In this document: positions 9,040 through 17,685 of the stretch, one piece after another | Layout: every line of letters begins with the position of its first letter | Position numbering within the stretch: the first letter of the stretch is position 1 | IMG/VR virus record: IMGVR_UViG_3300033121_001118 | Coordinates: 40-64,039 of that record | Source of the DNA: a virus | Taxonomy: Duplodnaviria; Caudoviricetes | Reading direction: 5' to 3' (one strand) | DNA: 64,000 bases | Notes under the pieces: model-generated | Told to the model about the DNA's origin: nothing | The model's input: the letters and a program-made list of their open reading frames with translations, nothing else | Database searches by the model: none | Program-made: the position numbers and the translations under genes

Positions 9040-9549
9040 CTACTTCATCCCGAACCTGTACCAGATGTCACCACGCTGCTCATCGATCTCCACCAGCCGC
9101 TTCTCGGCGTCTACTGCTTGGAGTCCCATCGCTACCTGCTGTTCGAAGGCCCACTTGCGGTCCTGCGTACCTGCGATGTAGCTGAAGTAGATGTCATCCA
9201 GACTGTTGACGTTCGGGTCCACTCCTTCTGCACGTTCGAAGCCGAAGATTTGGTCCACCTCAGCTTCTGTGGTCGGGAAGAATGAGGTGCTGCCCCACTC
9301 GCTCGCCCACTGGCTGACGTCGTACCGCTGGGTCAGCGCTGAATTGACTCGTGGGAACATCTGCATGGCCCACAGCTCCTTCCAGACGCTGATGATCTCT
9401 TCGCGGCTCCCTGCTGGGAAGGCGCTGCTGTAAAAGTCCGTTGCCCACTCGATCACGTCTCCACCATACACTGCGGGGACCCCTTCTCCGAATAGGCGTG
9501 TGATCTGACCAGCTGCCTTCACTGCGTACTTCGAGAGTTCCTTCGTCAT
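9040..9549 (-). CDS. Hypothetical protein
   Basis: AGAGGAG RBS, native codons, own promoter. Confidence 0.75.
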   Translation of the reverse strand: MTKELSKYAVKAAGQITRLFGEGVPAVYGGDVIEWATDFYSSAFPAGSREEIISVWKELWAMQMFPRVNSALTQRYDVSQWASEWGSTSFFPTTEAEVDQIFGFERAEGVDPNVNSLDDIYFSYIAGTQDRKWAFEQQVAMGLQAVDAEKRLVEIDEQRGDIWYRFGMK

Positions 9550-9591
9550 GATCGTCGTCTCCTCTAAGCTTGGTTGGTAATGTGCATCCTA

Positions 9592-9656
9592 CCTCTTAAT
9601 TATAGCGTCCCAAGCTTAGAGGCCTATTAAGACGAGATTAGAGGACGTTAAGACTT
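9592..9656 (-). promoter_or_regulatory. Phased-repeat promoter, copy 2
   Basis: -10 TATAAT (9599-9604); units at 9614, 9625, 9636, 9647. Confidence 0.75.
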
Positions 9657-10349
9657 CTCGTTCTGTGGGATGATGGTCATCATCTTGGGAGGCTCCTCGT
9701 ACCACTCCACACCTGGGAAGGAGGTGAAGGGCATGATGAAGCGATCCTCGCTCACACGTGAAAGACGCGGGATCTGATCTATGATCGTCGTCGGGACGTA
9801 CCAGCCTGGGCCTTCCCAGACGATCTCACGGAGCTCACGGTACACACGCGACTCCGCGGAAGACGTTGACGTCTCCCAACAGGTCACCGCGACCTGATGG
9901 ATGTTGTGAGGCATCCGCTGAAGGATCATCTCCGCAGCCAAGCGTGAGAGGTTCTCAGCGGTCGTGACCACGCCTAGTGGGATGATCTTGCTGACGTCGG
10001 AAAGACCCAGCAGCTCCGAGACGCAGATCAAGCCCTTGTTCTCCTCCATAGGTGGCATCTCGAGCGACCCTTGGAACAGCTCGTTGACTGTCAGCGCGGT
10101 GTGAAGGTTGCGGACCTGGATCGGGTTGTAGTGAACCAGCAAGGCGTGATCCCACTTCCCGATCGTGTGGGCCATCGCAGCCTTCAGGTCCCCGAAGTCG
10201 ATCAAGAAGTTGGTCGCGGGGTTGACGACGCCTACGACTGTCACCACGAACTTGTAGTTGTGACCGTGGAGATGCTGGCACTTGCCGCTGTGAAACGGCA
10301 GCCAGTGAGCTGCGGAGAGTTCCATCTCCTTGGTGATGCTTACTGCCAT
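9648..10349 (-). CDS. queD: 6-carboxy-5,6,7,8-tetrahydropterin synthase with C-terminal extension
   Basis: SAAHWLP...CQHLHGHNY, IDFGDLK, DHALL, TTAENL, WETSTS motifs. Confidence 0.92.
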   Translation of the reverse strand: MAVSITKEMELSAAHWLPFHSGKCQHLHGHNYKFVVTVVGVVNPATNFLIDFGDLKAAMAHTIGKWDHALLVHYNPIQVRNLHTALTVNELFQGSLEMPPMEENKGLICVSELLGLSDVSKIIPLGVVTTAENLSRLAAEMILQRMPHNIHQVAVTCWETSTSSAESRVYRELREIVWEGPGWYVPTTIIDQIPRLSRVSEDRFIMPFTSFPGVEWYEEPPKMMTIIPQNEKS

Positions 10350-10444
10350 ATTTGAAAGCTCCTCATAACGAGATTGATGTCTGTGAGTAGCAGGGCGAAG
10401 AAAGCTACGACCAACAACAAGACGAAAATATGAACGACTCTCAT
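10340..10444 (-). CDS. 34-aa single-TM peptide (not in ORF track)
   Basis: MRVVHIFVLLLVVAFFALLLTDINLVMRSFQIWQ; ATGA overlap with upstream gene. Confidence 0.5.
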   Translation of the reverse strand: MRVVHIFVLLLVVAFFALLLTDINLVMRSFQIWQ

Positions 10445-10746
10445 GGCCAGTCATTGTAGGCGAGATAGCCGTTTCCCTGCCCATCGAGCAGTTCGACTGC
10501 GTTGATGCCGTCTACTTCGTCTGCGATCCTCTTCGCGATCAAGCTGGAGTGGCACTTGTCGACCAACTCTCGGGCGATGGCTGCTGCTTCCTGCTGTGCC
10601 GCAACCAAGACTGCTGTGGCCACATCCGAGCCAATATACGCTTCCGGCAGACGAATCCACAACCGCAAGACGTACGTGAAGTACTTGCCGGGGATCTCCG
10701 ACCGTCGCATTCCCTCGTAGATTCGACCTCGATCTTCTTCTGGCAT
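10441..10746 (-). CDS. Hypothetical protein in deazaguanine cluster
   Basis: AGAGG RBS, coupled to neighbours; C-terminus loosely resembles a T-fold end. Confidence 0.65.
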   Translation of the reverse strand: MPEEDRGRIYEGMRRSEIPGKYFTYVLRLWIRLPEAYIGSDVATAVLVAAQQEAAAIARELVDKCHSSLIAKRIADEVDGINAVELLDGQGNGYLAYNDWP

Positions 10747-10797
10747 AGATCTACCTCTTTCGTTGACGAACGATGCCTAACTAAGCCCCTGCGTGTC

Positions 10798-11385
10798 TCA
10801 CAGGCTAAGCAATGACATCAGTTCAGCACGTGTCTCGGGTTCGGTCATGAAGCAACCCCGGAGTGCTGAGGTCGTGGTCGTGGAGCCGTGTGCCTTGACG
10901 CCTCGGATCGTCATGCACGTATGCTCGGCCGTGATGATCACCGCGACCCCACGAGGCTCGAGCTTCTCCATCAGGAAGTCGGCAGTCCGAGCCCCGATGT
11001 TCTCCTGGACGTTCGGTCCCTTCGCGAACATCCCCAGAGCCCGTGGTAGCTTCGACAGGCCGGCCAGCTTCTGGTCGGGGATGTAGGCGATCGTCGCCTT
11101 CCCCGTGAACGGGGCGAGATGATGTGCACAGGTGGACTCGAAGCCGATATCCCGGACGATGACGATTCCGGGATCTCCTTCGACGTCGAAGGTCGTGAAC
11201 TTCCACGGCTTGTCGAAGAACAACTCCCGATACATCCCGACCACACGATGCGGAGTGCCCTTCATGTGAGGGCTGTTGATGTCGACGCCTAGTGCGGTCA
11301 GCATCGACGATAGATGAGCTTCGGCTCGAGCGATGTCAATTGCATCGAGCTTGTCAGGGTTCAAACAGACGGTCTCCGTGGTCAT
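10798..11385 (-). CDS. folE: GTP cyclohydrolase I
   Basis: TPHRV, FESTCAHHLAPF, GLSKL, VQE, AEHTCMTIRGV motifs. Confidence 0.95.
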   Translation of the reverse strand: MTTETVCLNPDKLDAIDIARAEAHLSSMLTALGVDINSPHMKGTPHRVVGMYRELFFDKPWKFTTFDVEGDPGIVIVRDIGFESTCAHHLAPFTGKATIAYIPDQKLAGLSKLPRALGMFAKGPNVQENIGARTADFLMEKLEPRGVAVIITAEHTCMTIRGVKAHGSTTTTSALRGCFMTEPETRAELMSLLSL

Positions 11386-11621
11386 ACTCTCTCCAGACGT
11401 TTCGTGACTTGATTCCACCGGAACCCGACGTTCCGGATGGTGATGAAGTCGTCTCCCAAGCCTGTCGGGAACGGCAAGTAGCGAATGATCTCGAGGATCC
11501 TGTCGGGACGATGAACGACCATCGATCTCAAAGTTTGATCTAGAGCGTCAGGGTCCTGACGACAGACCGCATCGCGAATCAACGACTCTTCGAGGACGTT
11601 CGGGGCGAGTTCGTCGTACAT
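11382..11621 (-). CDS. Hypothetical protein
   Basis: Overlapping start/stop with queE and folE. Confidence 0.6.
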   Translation of the reverse strand: MYDELAPNVLEESLIRDAVCRQDPDALDQTLRSMVVHRPDRILEIIRYLPFPTGLGDDFITIRNVGFRWNQVTKRLERV

Positions 11622-12421
11622 TAGACCCCCCGACGACGCCCGTAGATCAAGGCGTGAAGCTGAGGCAGGATCCGGAAGCGGTACTGCTTCCCGATGTCCA
11701 TCAGGTCTTCGAAGTGGAAGTGCTCGGTGATCGTCTCCTGGAGCTCACGAAGATCGTTCAGGATCGTACCGCGCATGATCTCGTCGGACTGGCCAGTGTC
11801 GACCGGCGTACACACCTGGAAGATCACGTCCACCATCCTCGACGGTTCTGCGCCCTTGAGCTGCTTCATCAACTGCTCGTTCACGAACCCGAGGTCCCCG
11901 CTGTTGCCGATGACGAACTTCAGCTGTACGTCGTGACCCATCCCCGTAGTGTACTCCACCCAAGTCTTCAGGTTGGGGAAGGGCTTGGTCGTCTTCGATG
12001 ACGGGAGCTTCGGCGATAGTGACCACAGCATGCCCCCGGGGTGGAAGTTGAGGGGTGCAGATCCGTCTACGCCCATGCCCGACGTCTCGACCGTCACGTG
12101 ATAGTGACGCCTCTGGAGTCCACGGATGAACTCCATCAAGAGCGGCATCGGATGCTCTAACGGCTCGCCACCCGTCACCACCACGTGACGATGTGTCGTC
12201 TTCGACATGACCTCGTTGATCAACGCGATCGGGGTGTACTCCGTGCCTTGAGCGGCCTTCCAGGAGTACTTCGTATCACACCACTCACAGCCGACTGTAC
12301 AGCCGGTCAATCGGACGAAGGTCGAGGGCACGCCAACGAGGGTGCCTTCGCCTTGCACTGCGGGATAGAGTTCGATGACCTTCAGATGAGCGCCATCGCT
12401 TACATCGACTGCTGTCTTCAT
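11621..12421 (-). CDS. queE: 7-carboxy-7-deazaguanine synthase (radical SAM)
   Basis: VQGEG, FVRLTGCTVGCEWCDT (CxxxCxxC), VTGGEP, VETSG, SPKL, PQLH. Confidence 0.95.
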   Translation of the reverse strand: MKTAVDVSDGAHLKVIELYPAVQGEGTLVGVPSTFVRLTGCTVGCEWCDTKYSWKAAQGTEYTPIALINEVMSKTTHRHVVVTGGEPLEHPMPLLMEFIRGLQRRHYHVTVETSGMGVDGSAPLNFHPGGMLWSLSPKLPSSKTTKPFPNLKTWVEYTTGMGHDVQLKFVIGNSGDLGFVNEQLMKQLKGAEPSRMVDVIFQVCTPVDTGQSDEIMRGTILNDLRELQETITEHFHFEDLMDIGKQYRFRILPQLHALIYGRRRGV

Positions 12422-12427
12422 ATGACC

Positions 12428-12485
12428 ACCTCCTTCACTAAGTGTAACGGATCAAGATTAGAGACGGATTAAGCGATGACTAGTC
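12428..12485 (-). promoter_or_regulatory. Phased-repeat promoter, copy 3 (before queE)
   Basis: -10 TACACT (12441-12446); units at 12456, 12467, 12478. Confidence 0.7.
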
Positions 12486-14867
12486 TTTCATTTGAGACCA
12501 GCGTTGTCCGACCGCAATCTCGGCCTTCAAGGGGACGTCGAACCCGTCGATCGGCGGCGTCTCCATGATACGGTGAACGACCTCTTTCGTCTCCTCGATG
12601 CAGTCGTCCCGAACAAGGAGCATGATCGAGTCGTGCACCGAGGACACTACGTAAGCCTTGTCGGGGTCGAGAAGATCGACCAGACGGATGATGGCCGTCA
12701 AAGTGCAGTCTGAAGCGAACGACTGAATCGGGGTGTTCACCGACTTCCGTTCCATCGAGCCCCGAGACCGATTGTCCACGTAGGGGAATCGACGACGACG
12801 CCCTGTCGGAGTCTCCACGTACAAGTTCGCATTCACGAAGCGATGTTGAGCTTTGATGTACTCGACCAGTCCCGGGAAGGCGTCGAAGAAGTCCTTCTGA
12901 AGAGCGTCCGCCTCCTTCTCGGTCATCGCCTTGCCCGTCGTCTTGACGATGTAAGCTGCCTCCATGCCTTCGAGGAGGCCTCGAGCGGATCGACCGTACA
13001 GCAAGCCGAAGTCGAGGTACTTGGCTAGGTAGCGTTCGAAGCTCGTGATCTCTTCCATCGGCTTCTTGAACATCAACGAAGCAACCCATCGATGGATGTC
13101 ACGTCCCGTTCGGAAGGCCTCGATCAGCGTATCGTCTCGGGAGAACCAGGCTGCTACACGAAGCTCCAGCTGCGAGTAGTCACAGTTGAACAGCTTCCAG
13201 CCTTCTGGCGCCACGAACGCATGCTTGATCTTCGGCCCCATGATGGTCGGGATGTTCTGCAGATTGGGGTTGCGGCAGCTGAGACGGCCGGTGTCCGTTC
13301 CGTGGAGCTGGAAGTCGGGATGGATGCGATCGTCAGGCCCGAGTCGATTCAAGATGCCGACGATGTACGTCTGGAGCACCTTGCTGATCTGTCGATACTC
13401 GAGAAGCTTCGAGAAGAAGGCCTTGCACGCTTCCGGCCACTTCCCCAGCTCGATCTCAACTTGCAAGATGTCCTTCTCAAACGACGGCGGTGTGAAGTGC
13501 CAGACCTTGGCCATCTCCCGGACTTGCTTGGGGGAGGACGGGAGGAAGTCGTCGATGACACCCCCAGACGCCTCTCGAGCCATCTGCTTCAACTCGTCAG
13601 CGATCGCCTGGACCTGCTGTTCCGTCTCGACCTTCAGCTCCTCTAGGTACAGACGGTCTATCGGGAAGCCTCGAAGTTCGATCTGCGAGAACGCTAGAGC
13701 CCCGGGAGTCAAGAGGTTCTCGATCAAGGGCATCAGCTTCGGCGACTCGGCGTCGAGCTCTGACGACAGCTCCCAGTAGAGCTTCAACGTACAGATGACG
13801 TCCATCGCTAGGTAGGCGTAGAACTGTCCCCAATCTCGGGCGTCTTCGGGAAGAGCGTAGAACTCATCGAAGTCCCAGTGGTAGTCGGGAATGTCGAAGC
13901 GAAGCCTCGACTGGTCCTTCAAGCCCGCGGTGAAGTAGGCCTGACCCTTCTGCTCCTGAGGGATGCCACGTTCGTCTTGAGCGTAGACCATCAGCATCGA
14001 GTCGACCGCACGTTTCAGCTTGTAAGACGTCTGCTCGGCCCATACGCGGAGGAACGACACGTCGAACTTGATGTTGTGAAAGACGACTCGTCCCGTGAAC
14101 TGCGAGAGGGAGGTCAAGATCGACCACTTCATGATCTCGACCATCTCTCTCGGGAAGATGATCCCGATCTCCCCGTAGCCCTCGATACTCACCCCGAACC
14201 CGACAGCGATGATCTTGTCGTGGAGGGGATCCGTCCCGGTCGTCTCGAGGTCGCAGGAGATGACGGATGCGGACTTCATCGCCTCGAGCAAGTTCGAACC
14301 CTGCACCTTGTCTTCGACGATCAGGAACTCGGGGACGAGACGTTCAAGAGGCTGAGATCGATAGGCAAGCTTCTGAAGATCGTACGAGAAGTCCCGAAAC
14401 AGGTCGGGGTTGCGAAGGATGGCTGCGGGGTGATACGTCGGCACTGTGAAGGCGCCGTTGTACATTCGCCCGAGCCCCCTCGTTCGGGAGACCGACTGCT
14501 TCGGGCCGAGGAGAGATAGAGCGGTCGAGCCGAGTAGAAGAATCTTCTGAGGCTTGACGTGATCGAGCTCGGTCACCAACCGGTCGTGACAGCAATTGAT
14601 CGCTTCCGTCGATGGCGTAGCGTTGTCTTCAGGGTGACAAAGAACCGTGTTCGTGATGTAGACGAAGTTCGGATCGATCCCGACCGAGCGGAGAGAAGCT
14701 CGGAGGAGCTTCCCCGACGGCCCGACGAACGGGACGCCATCTCTCGCTTCGGTCTGGCCAGGTGCTTCACCGATCACGACCACACTAGCATTGGTCGGGC
14801 CGGAAGGTCTCGTCCCCGGGCGATCCCGGAGTGGACACTTCTCGCACCCAGCGTAGCCGGGAATCAT
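12480..14867 (-). CDS. polA: Family A DNA polymerase with N-terminal family-4 uracil-DNA glycosylase domain and 3'-5' exonuclease
   Basis: CxxC...GEAPG...HPAAILR (UDG); CDLETTG, HNIKFD (exo); TGRLS, DYSQLELR, KYLDFGLLYG, VHDS (pol). Confidence 0.93.
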   Translation of the reverse strand: MIPGYAGCEKCPLRDRPGTRPSGPTNASVVVIGEAPGQTEARDGVPFVGPSGKLLRASLRSVGIDPNFVYITNTVLCHPEDNATPSTEAINCCHDRLVTELDHVKPQKILLLGSTALSLLGPKQSVSRTRGLGRMYNGAFTVPTYHPAAILRNPDLFRDFSYDLQKLAYRSQPLERLVPEFLIVEDKVQGSNLLEAMKSASVISCDLETTGTDPLHDKIIAVGFGVSIEGYGEIGIIFPREMVEIMKWSILTSLSQFTGRVVFHNIKFDVSFLRVWAEQTSYKLKRAVDSMLMVYAQDERGIPQEQKGQAYFTAGLKDQSRLRFDIPDYHWDFDEFYALPEDARDWGQFYAYLAMDVICTLKLYWELSSELDAESPKLMPLIENLLTPGALAFSQIELRGFPIDRLYLEELKVETEQQVQAIADELKQMAREASGGVIDDFLPSSPKQVREMAKVWHFTPPSFEKDILQVEIELGKWPEACKAFFSKLLEYRQISKVLQTYIVGILNRLGPDDRIHPDFQLHGTDTGRLSCRNPNLQNIPTIMGPKIKHAFVAPEGWKLFNCDYSQLELRVAAWFSRDDTLIEAFRTGRDIHRWVASLMFKKPMEEITSFERYLAKYLDFGLLYGRSARGLLEGMEAAYIVKTTGKAMTEKEADALQKDFFDAFPGLVEYIKAQHRFVNANLYVETPTGRRRRFPYVDNRSRGSMERKSVNTPIQSFASDCTLTAIIRLVDLLDPDKAYVVSSVHDSIMLLVRDDCIEETKEVVHRIMETPPIDGFDVPLKAEIAVGQRWSQMKD

Positions 14868-15697
14868 ACTGTCTCTCCACACAAGCTTCGATAGACACGA
14901 ATGTTCGTTCGGAGGAGATCGTCGAACTCGGTGGGGACGGCCTGGTTGAAGAAGTCCGGCGGACGCTTCGGGTACTCGGCATTCAGGTCCTTGGAGAGGT
15001 CGATCCCGTACATCGCGAAGGTGAACGGGCGAGCCGAGTCAGTCGATCGGATGCGATGGTCGAACCGACACGAGATCTCTTCGAGGATCGTCAACGGCTT
15101 CGGCCACCCGAGAAGATGAACTTCGGCGTTCAGCCACTGCGCTCGAGGCATGACATGATCGCGGAGAAAGCCGAGAAGGAAATTGTCGCACGGCCACCAC
15201 AGATCGTTGTAGTCCTTCGAGATACCGATCGTGAAGTTGTTGTAGACTTCGACATCGTCCGACCACAGACGGGCCATCGCCACCATCTCGGTCAAGCACC
15301 GTTGAAGGTCTTCCGGGGTCTTGCCTTGCGGGACGATCATGAACTTGGGAAGGGACGGACGAAGATCGATCTCTCGGGACACCCGAATCATCGTCTCGAC
15401 GGTCTCGAGAGACCGACGACAGCCTTCGATGGTAGCGTCGGCATCGAACAGCGTGTCCGGGAGAACGACTTCAGAAGCCCCGACCTGAGAAGCCTGGACG
15501 AGGAGACGTTCGATCCTCTCCCCGGCCTTCGTCTCGTGTGCGGAGTTGTCCAGAATGAGGTAGGTGCCTCGCTGCCGCTCCTGTCGATAGAACTCGCGAT
15601 GAGCTGGATCGACTAGGTTGTGGCTCAGCATCAAGTGGTAGGGTTGTCCCGTCGACATAGCGAGGTGAGGTGTCGTTGGGATGATTACGGATCTCAT
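14864..15697 (-). CDS. dpdA: Divergent TGT-fold protein, putative DNA 7-deazaguanine transglycosylase (DpdA-like)
   Basis: LILDNSAHE, VLPD, IVPQG, VHLLG, STDSARP resemble TGT/DpdA barrel motifs; embedded in Que cluster. Confidence 0.65.
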   Translation of the reverse strand: MRSVIIPTTPHLAMSTGQPYHLMLSHNLVDPAHREFYRQERQRGTYLILDNSAHETKAGERIERLLVQASQVGASEVVLPDTLFDADATIEGCRRSLETVETMIRVSREIDLRPSLPKFMIVPQGKTPEDLQRCLTEMVAMARLWSDDVEVYNNFTIGISKDYNDLWWPCDNFLLGFLRDHVMPRAQWLNAEVHLLGWPKPLTILEEISCRFDHRIRSTDSARPFTFAMYGIDLSKDLNAEYPKRPPDFFNQAVPTEFDDLLRTNIRVYRSLCGETV

Positions 15698-15699
15698 AC

Positions 15700-15758
15700 T
15701 CTTAGTATATCCTCTTTGCCTTAGAACGACCTTAAGGGAAGACTAGCGTCTGATTAGG
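15700..15758 (-). promoter_or_regulatory. Phased-repeat promoter, copy 4 (before dpdA-like)
   Basis: -10 TATACT (15704-15709); units at 15719, 15730, 15741, 15752. Confidence 0.65.
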
Positions 15759-16484
15759 AACGCGTCCCTCATGGTGCACTTTGATCAGACGATCGATGAT
15801 AGTTTCGATACGCTCGAACGCCGGTAGCAGATGGAGAATCTCGGCCCACTCCTGAAGGCGAATGAACAGCTTGATGTTCTCCTCGATATCGGGTTTGTCG
15901 ACGGTCAGGAACTCGCATTCGGGAGCCGGGTGATATCGCCACGACCGTGACATCCCCTGCTTCGTGATTCGAACGGTCCGACGCTCGTGACGAACTTGCT
16001 CGGTCACTCGCATGTTGTAGGACGTCGCACAACCAAGAGGTGAGCCGCTCTGCCACAGATCGCAGCCTAGGCCACCGCCGGGGCGAATCGGCTTCAAGAA
16101 GGTGCAGTACGGCGAGCCATCTGTCTCCCGAGGTTGATGAGGCGGGCCTCGACGCTTGCTCTTCGACATGAAGAGAACCTTCTGACCGTTGACATCGACC
16201 ACCCTCGTGTGGTCGAACAGCTCTTGCTTCTCGTCGGGCATCTTGGTCCACGCCGACTCTTCGACCAAGTAGTCGAGAGTGACGGACAGGACTGCACAGC
16301 AGACAAAGCAACCGTCGACGCACGTGAACTGACGGAAGAACGAGTTCGTGATTTCGACGGGGAGGCGACCCTCCCCGTCAGTCACGAGCTTGCCGTCCAC
16401 ACGTACTTCGCGATCACCCAGGAGCGACAGCCACCCGATCATCCTGGGCAGCGAATCGAGAACGAGGGGATCGACGACTGACAT
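15732..16484 (-). CDS. Cysteine-cluster protein (YkgJ/CxxCxxCC-like, putative Fe-S or Zn binding)
   Basis: FTCVDGCFVCC ... YCTFLK ... GCDLWQSGSPLGC. Confidence 0.7.
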   Translation of the reverse strand: MSVVDPLVLDSLPRMIGWLSLLGDREVRVDGKLVTDGEGRLPVEITNSFFRQFTCVDGCFVCCAVLSVTLDYLVEESAWTKMPDEKQELFDHTRVVDVNGQKVLFMSKSKRRGPPHQPRETDGSPYCTFLKPIRPGGGLGCDLWQSGSPLGCATSYNMRVTEQVRHERRTVRITKQGMSRSWRYHPAPECEFLTVDKPDIEENIKLFIRLQEWAEILHLLPAFERIETIIDRLIKVHHEGRVPNQTLVFP

Positions 16485-16485
16485 C

Positions 16486-17229
16486 TCAGCCCTCCTTCGC
16501 CTTCAACAGCTCGAGGGCGTAAGCATAGCCCGCCGTGTCGTAGACCGTTGGATCGGGGACCCCGGCGAGTCGGAAAGCTTCGATCCGCTCGACGCAAGTC
16601 CCACATCGACCGCAGTGAACGTCCCCGCCCTTGTAGCACGACCACGTGAGATGGTACGGGACGTCGAGTGCGTGGCCGATCGATACGATCGCTGCCTTCG
16701 AGTCGTTCTTGAACGGAGCGTAGAGGCCGACAGGCTCGTCGTTTCCGATCTGAAGCGCTTCCTCCACCGCGTGAAGAAACTCGGGGCGACAGTCGGGATA
16801 GATGAAGTGGTCGCCTGCATGAGCGGCAACGACGACGGCACCGCCTCCCTTCGACACGACCAAACCGGCAGCGATCGAGAGGAGGATCATGTTCCGGTTC
16901 GGCACGATCGTCTTCTTCATGTTGTCCTCGGCGTAGTGGCCATCGGGGACGTCCTGGCCGTAGAGAAGAGACGACGAGGCGTTGTTAGACTGAAACAGCT
17001 GTCCCACCGACGTCAAGTCCAGCACGTAGTGGGGGACGTTGAAGAACTCGGCTACGCGGTGAGCCGCTCGAAGCTCCCGAGCGTGACGCTGGCCGTAGTT
17101 GACAGACAGCGCAGTGATGTTCCGGAATCGGTTCTGGGCTACGGCGAGAGCGGTTGTGGAGTCGAGCCCTCCTGACAGGAGGACGACTGCGTTCTGAGCG
17201 TTGGGATTGAAGTTCATTTCGAGCTCCAT
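16486..17229 (-). CDS. queC: 7-cyano-7-deazaguanine (preQ0) synthase
   Basis: LLSGGLDSTT, VPNRN, YPDCRPEF, TWSCY...CGRCGTC. Confidence 0.96.
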   Translation of the reverse strand: MELEMNFNPNAQNAVVLLSGGLDSTTALAVAQNRFRNITALSVNYGQRHARELRAAHRVAEFFNVPHYVLDLTSVGQLFQSNNASSSLLYGQDVPDGHYAEDNMKKTIVPNRNMILLSIAAGLVVSKGGGAVVVAAHAGDHFIYPDCRPEFLHAVEEALQIGNDEPVGLYAPFKNDSKAAIVSIGHALDVPYHLTWSCYKGGDVHCGRCGTCVERIEAFRLAGVPDPTVYDTAGYAYALELLKAKEG

Positions 17230-17621
17230 CGTGCGACGACGTCGGTCGTTACTCCACCCCGAACCTTCTGGGTGAGATGAACGATGACTTCGAGAGGGTC
17301 CAGTGCTTCTGCGATCTCGGCTGCGATCTTGTCCGCCAGGGTTTCAGCGAAGATCCCCACGTTACGATACGAGGCGAGGTACAGCTTGAACGTCTTGGTC
17401 TCGACGATCCACTTGTACGGACGGTACGAGACTTCGACCTTGTAGAAGTCGGGCTGCCCTGTGATCGGGCAGTGGGCGATCAACTCTTCCGAGCTCAACG
17501 TCACCATCGCAACGTTCGTCGGAGCTTCGATCCGATCGAAGCCCTCGAACTCGGTGACACGATTCCCCAAGGCCAGCTCGGGTGAGGGGTCGGTGATACT
17601 GCCTAGAACGATATCTGCCAT
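17214..17621 (-). CDS. queF: preQ0 reductase (NADPH-dependent nitrile reductase)
   Basis: CPITGQPDF catalytic Cys/Asp and ETKTFKLYL, close to the QueF E(S/L)K(S/A)hK(L/Y)(Y/F) motif; RGG. Confidence 0.85.
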   Translation of the reverse strand: MADIVLGSITDPSPELALGNRVTEFEGFDRIEAPTNVAMVTLSSEELIAHCPITGQPDFYKVEVSYRPYKWIVETKTFKLYLASYRNVGIFAETLADKIAAEIAEALDPLEVIVHLTQKVRGGVTTDVVARWSSK

Positions 17622-17685
17622 GCGCTTGTCTCCTCAAGAGGACTAGGGTCCCTTGCGGGGCCCACGAAACGAAAGGGGAAGGTAC

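Noticed and set aside
17625-17685. Possible preQ1 riboswitch upstream of queF
   Set aside because: Only a GGGCCCC-GCAA-GGGACCC hairpin; lacks the preQ1-I P1/loop consensus and A-rich tail
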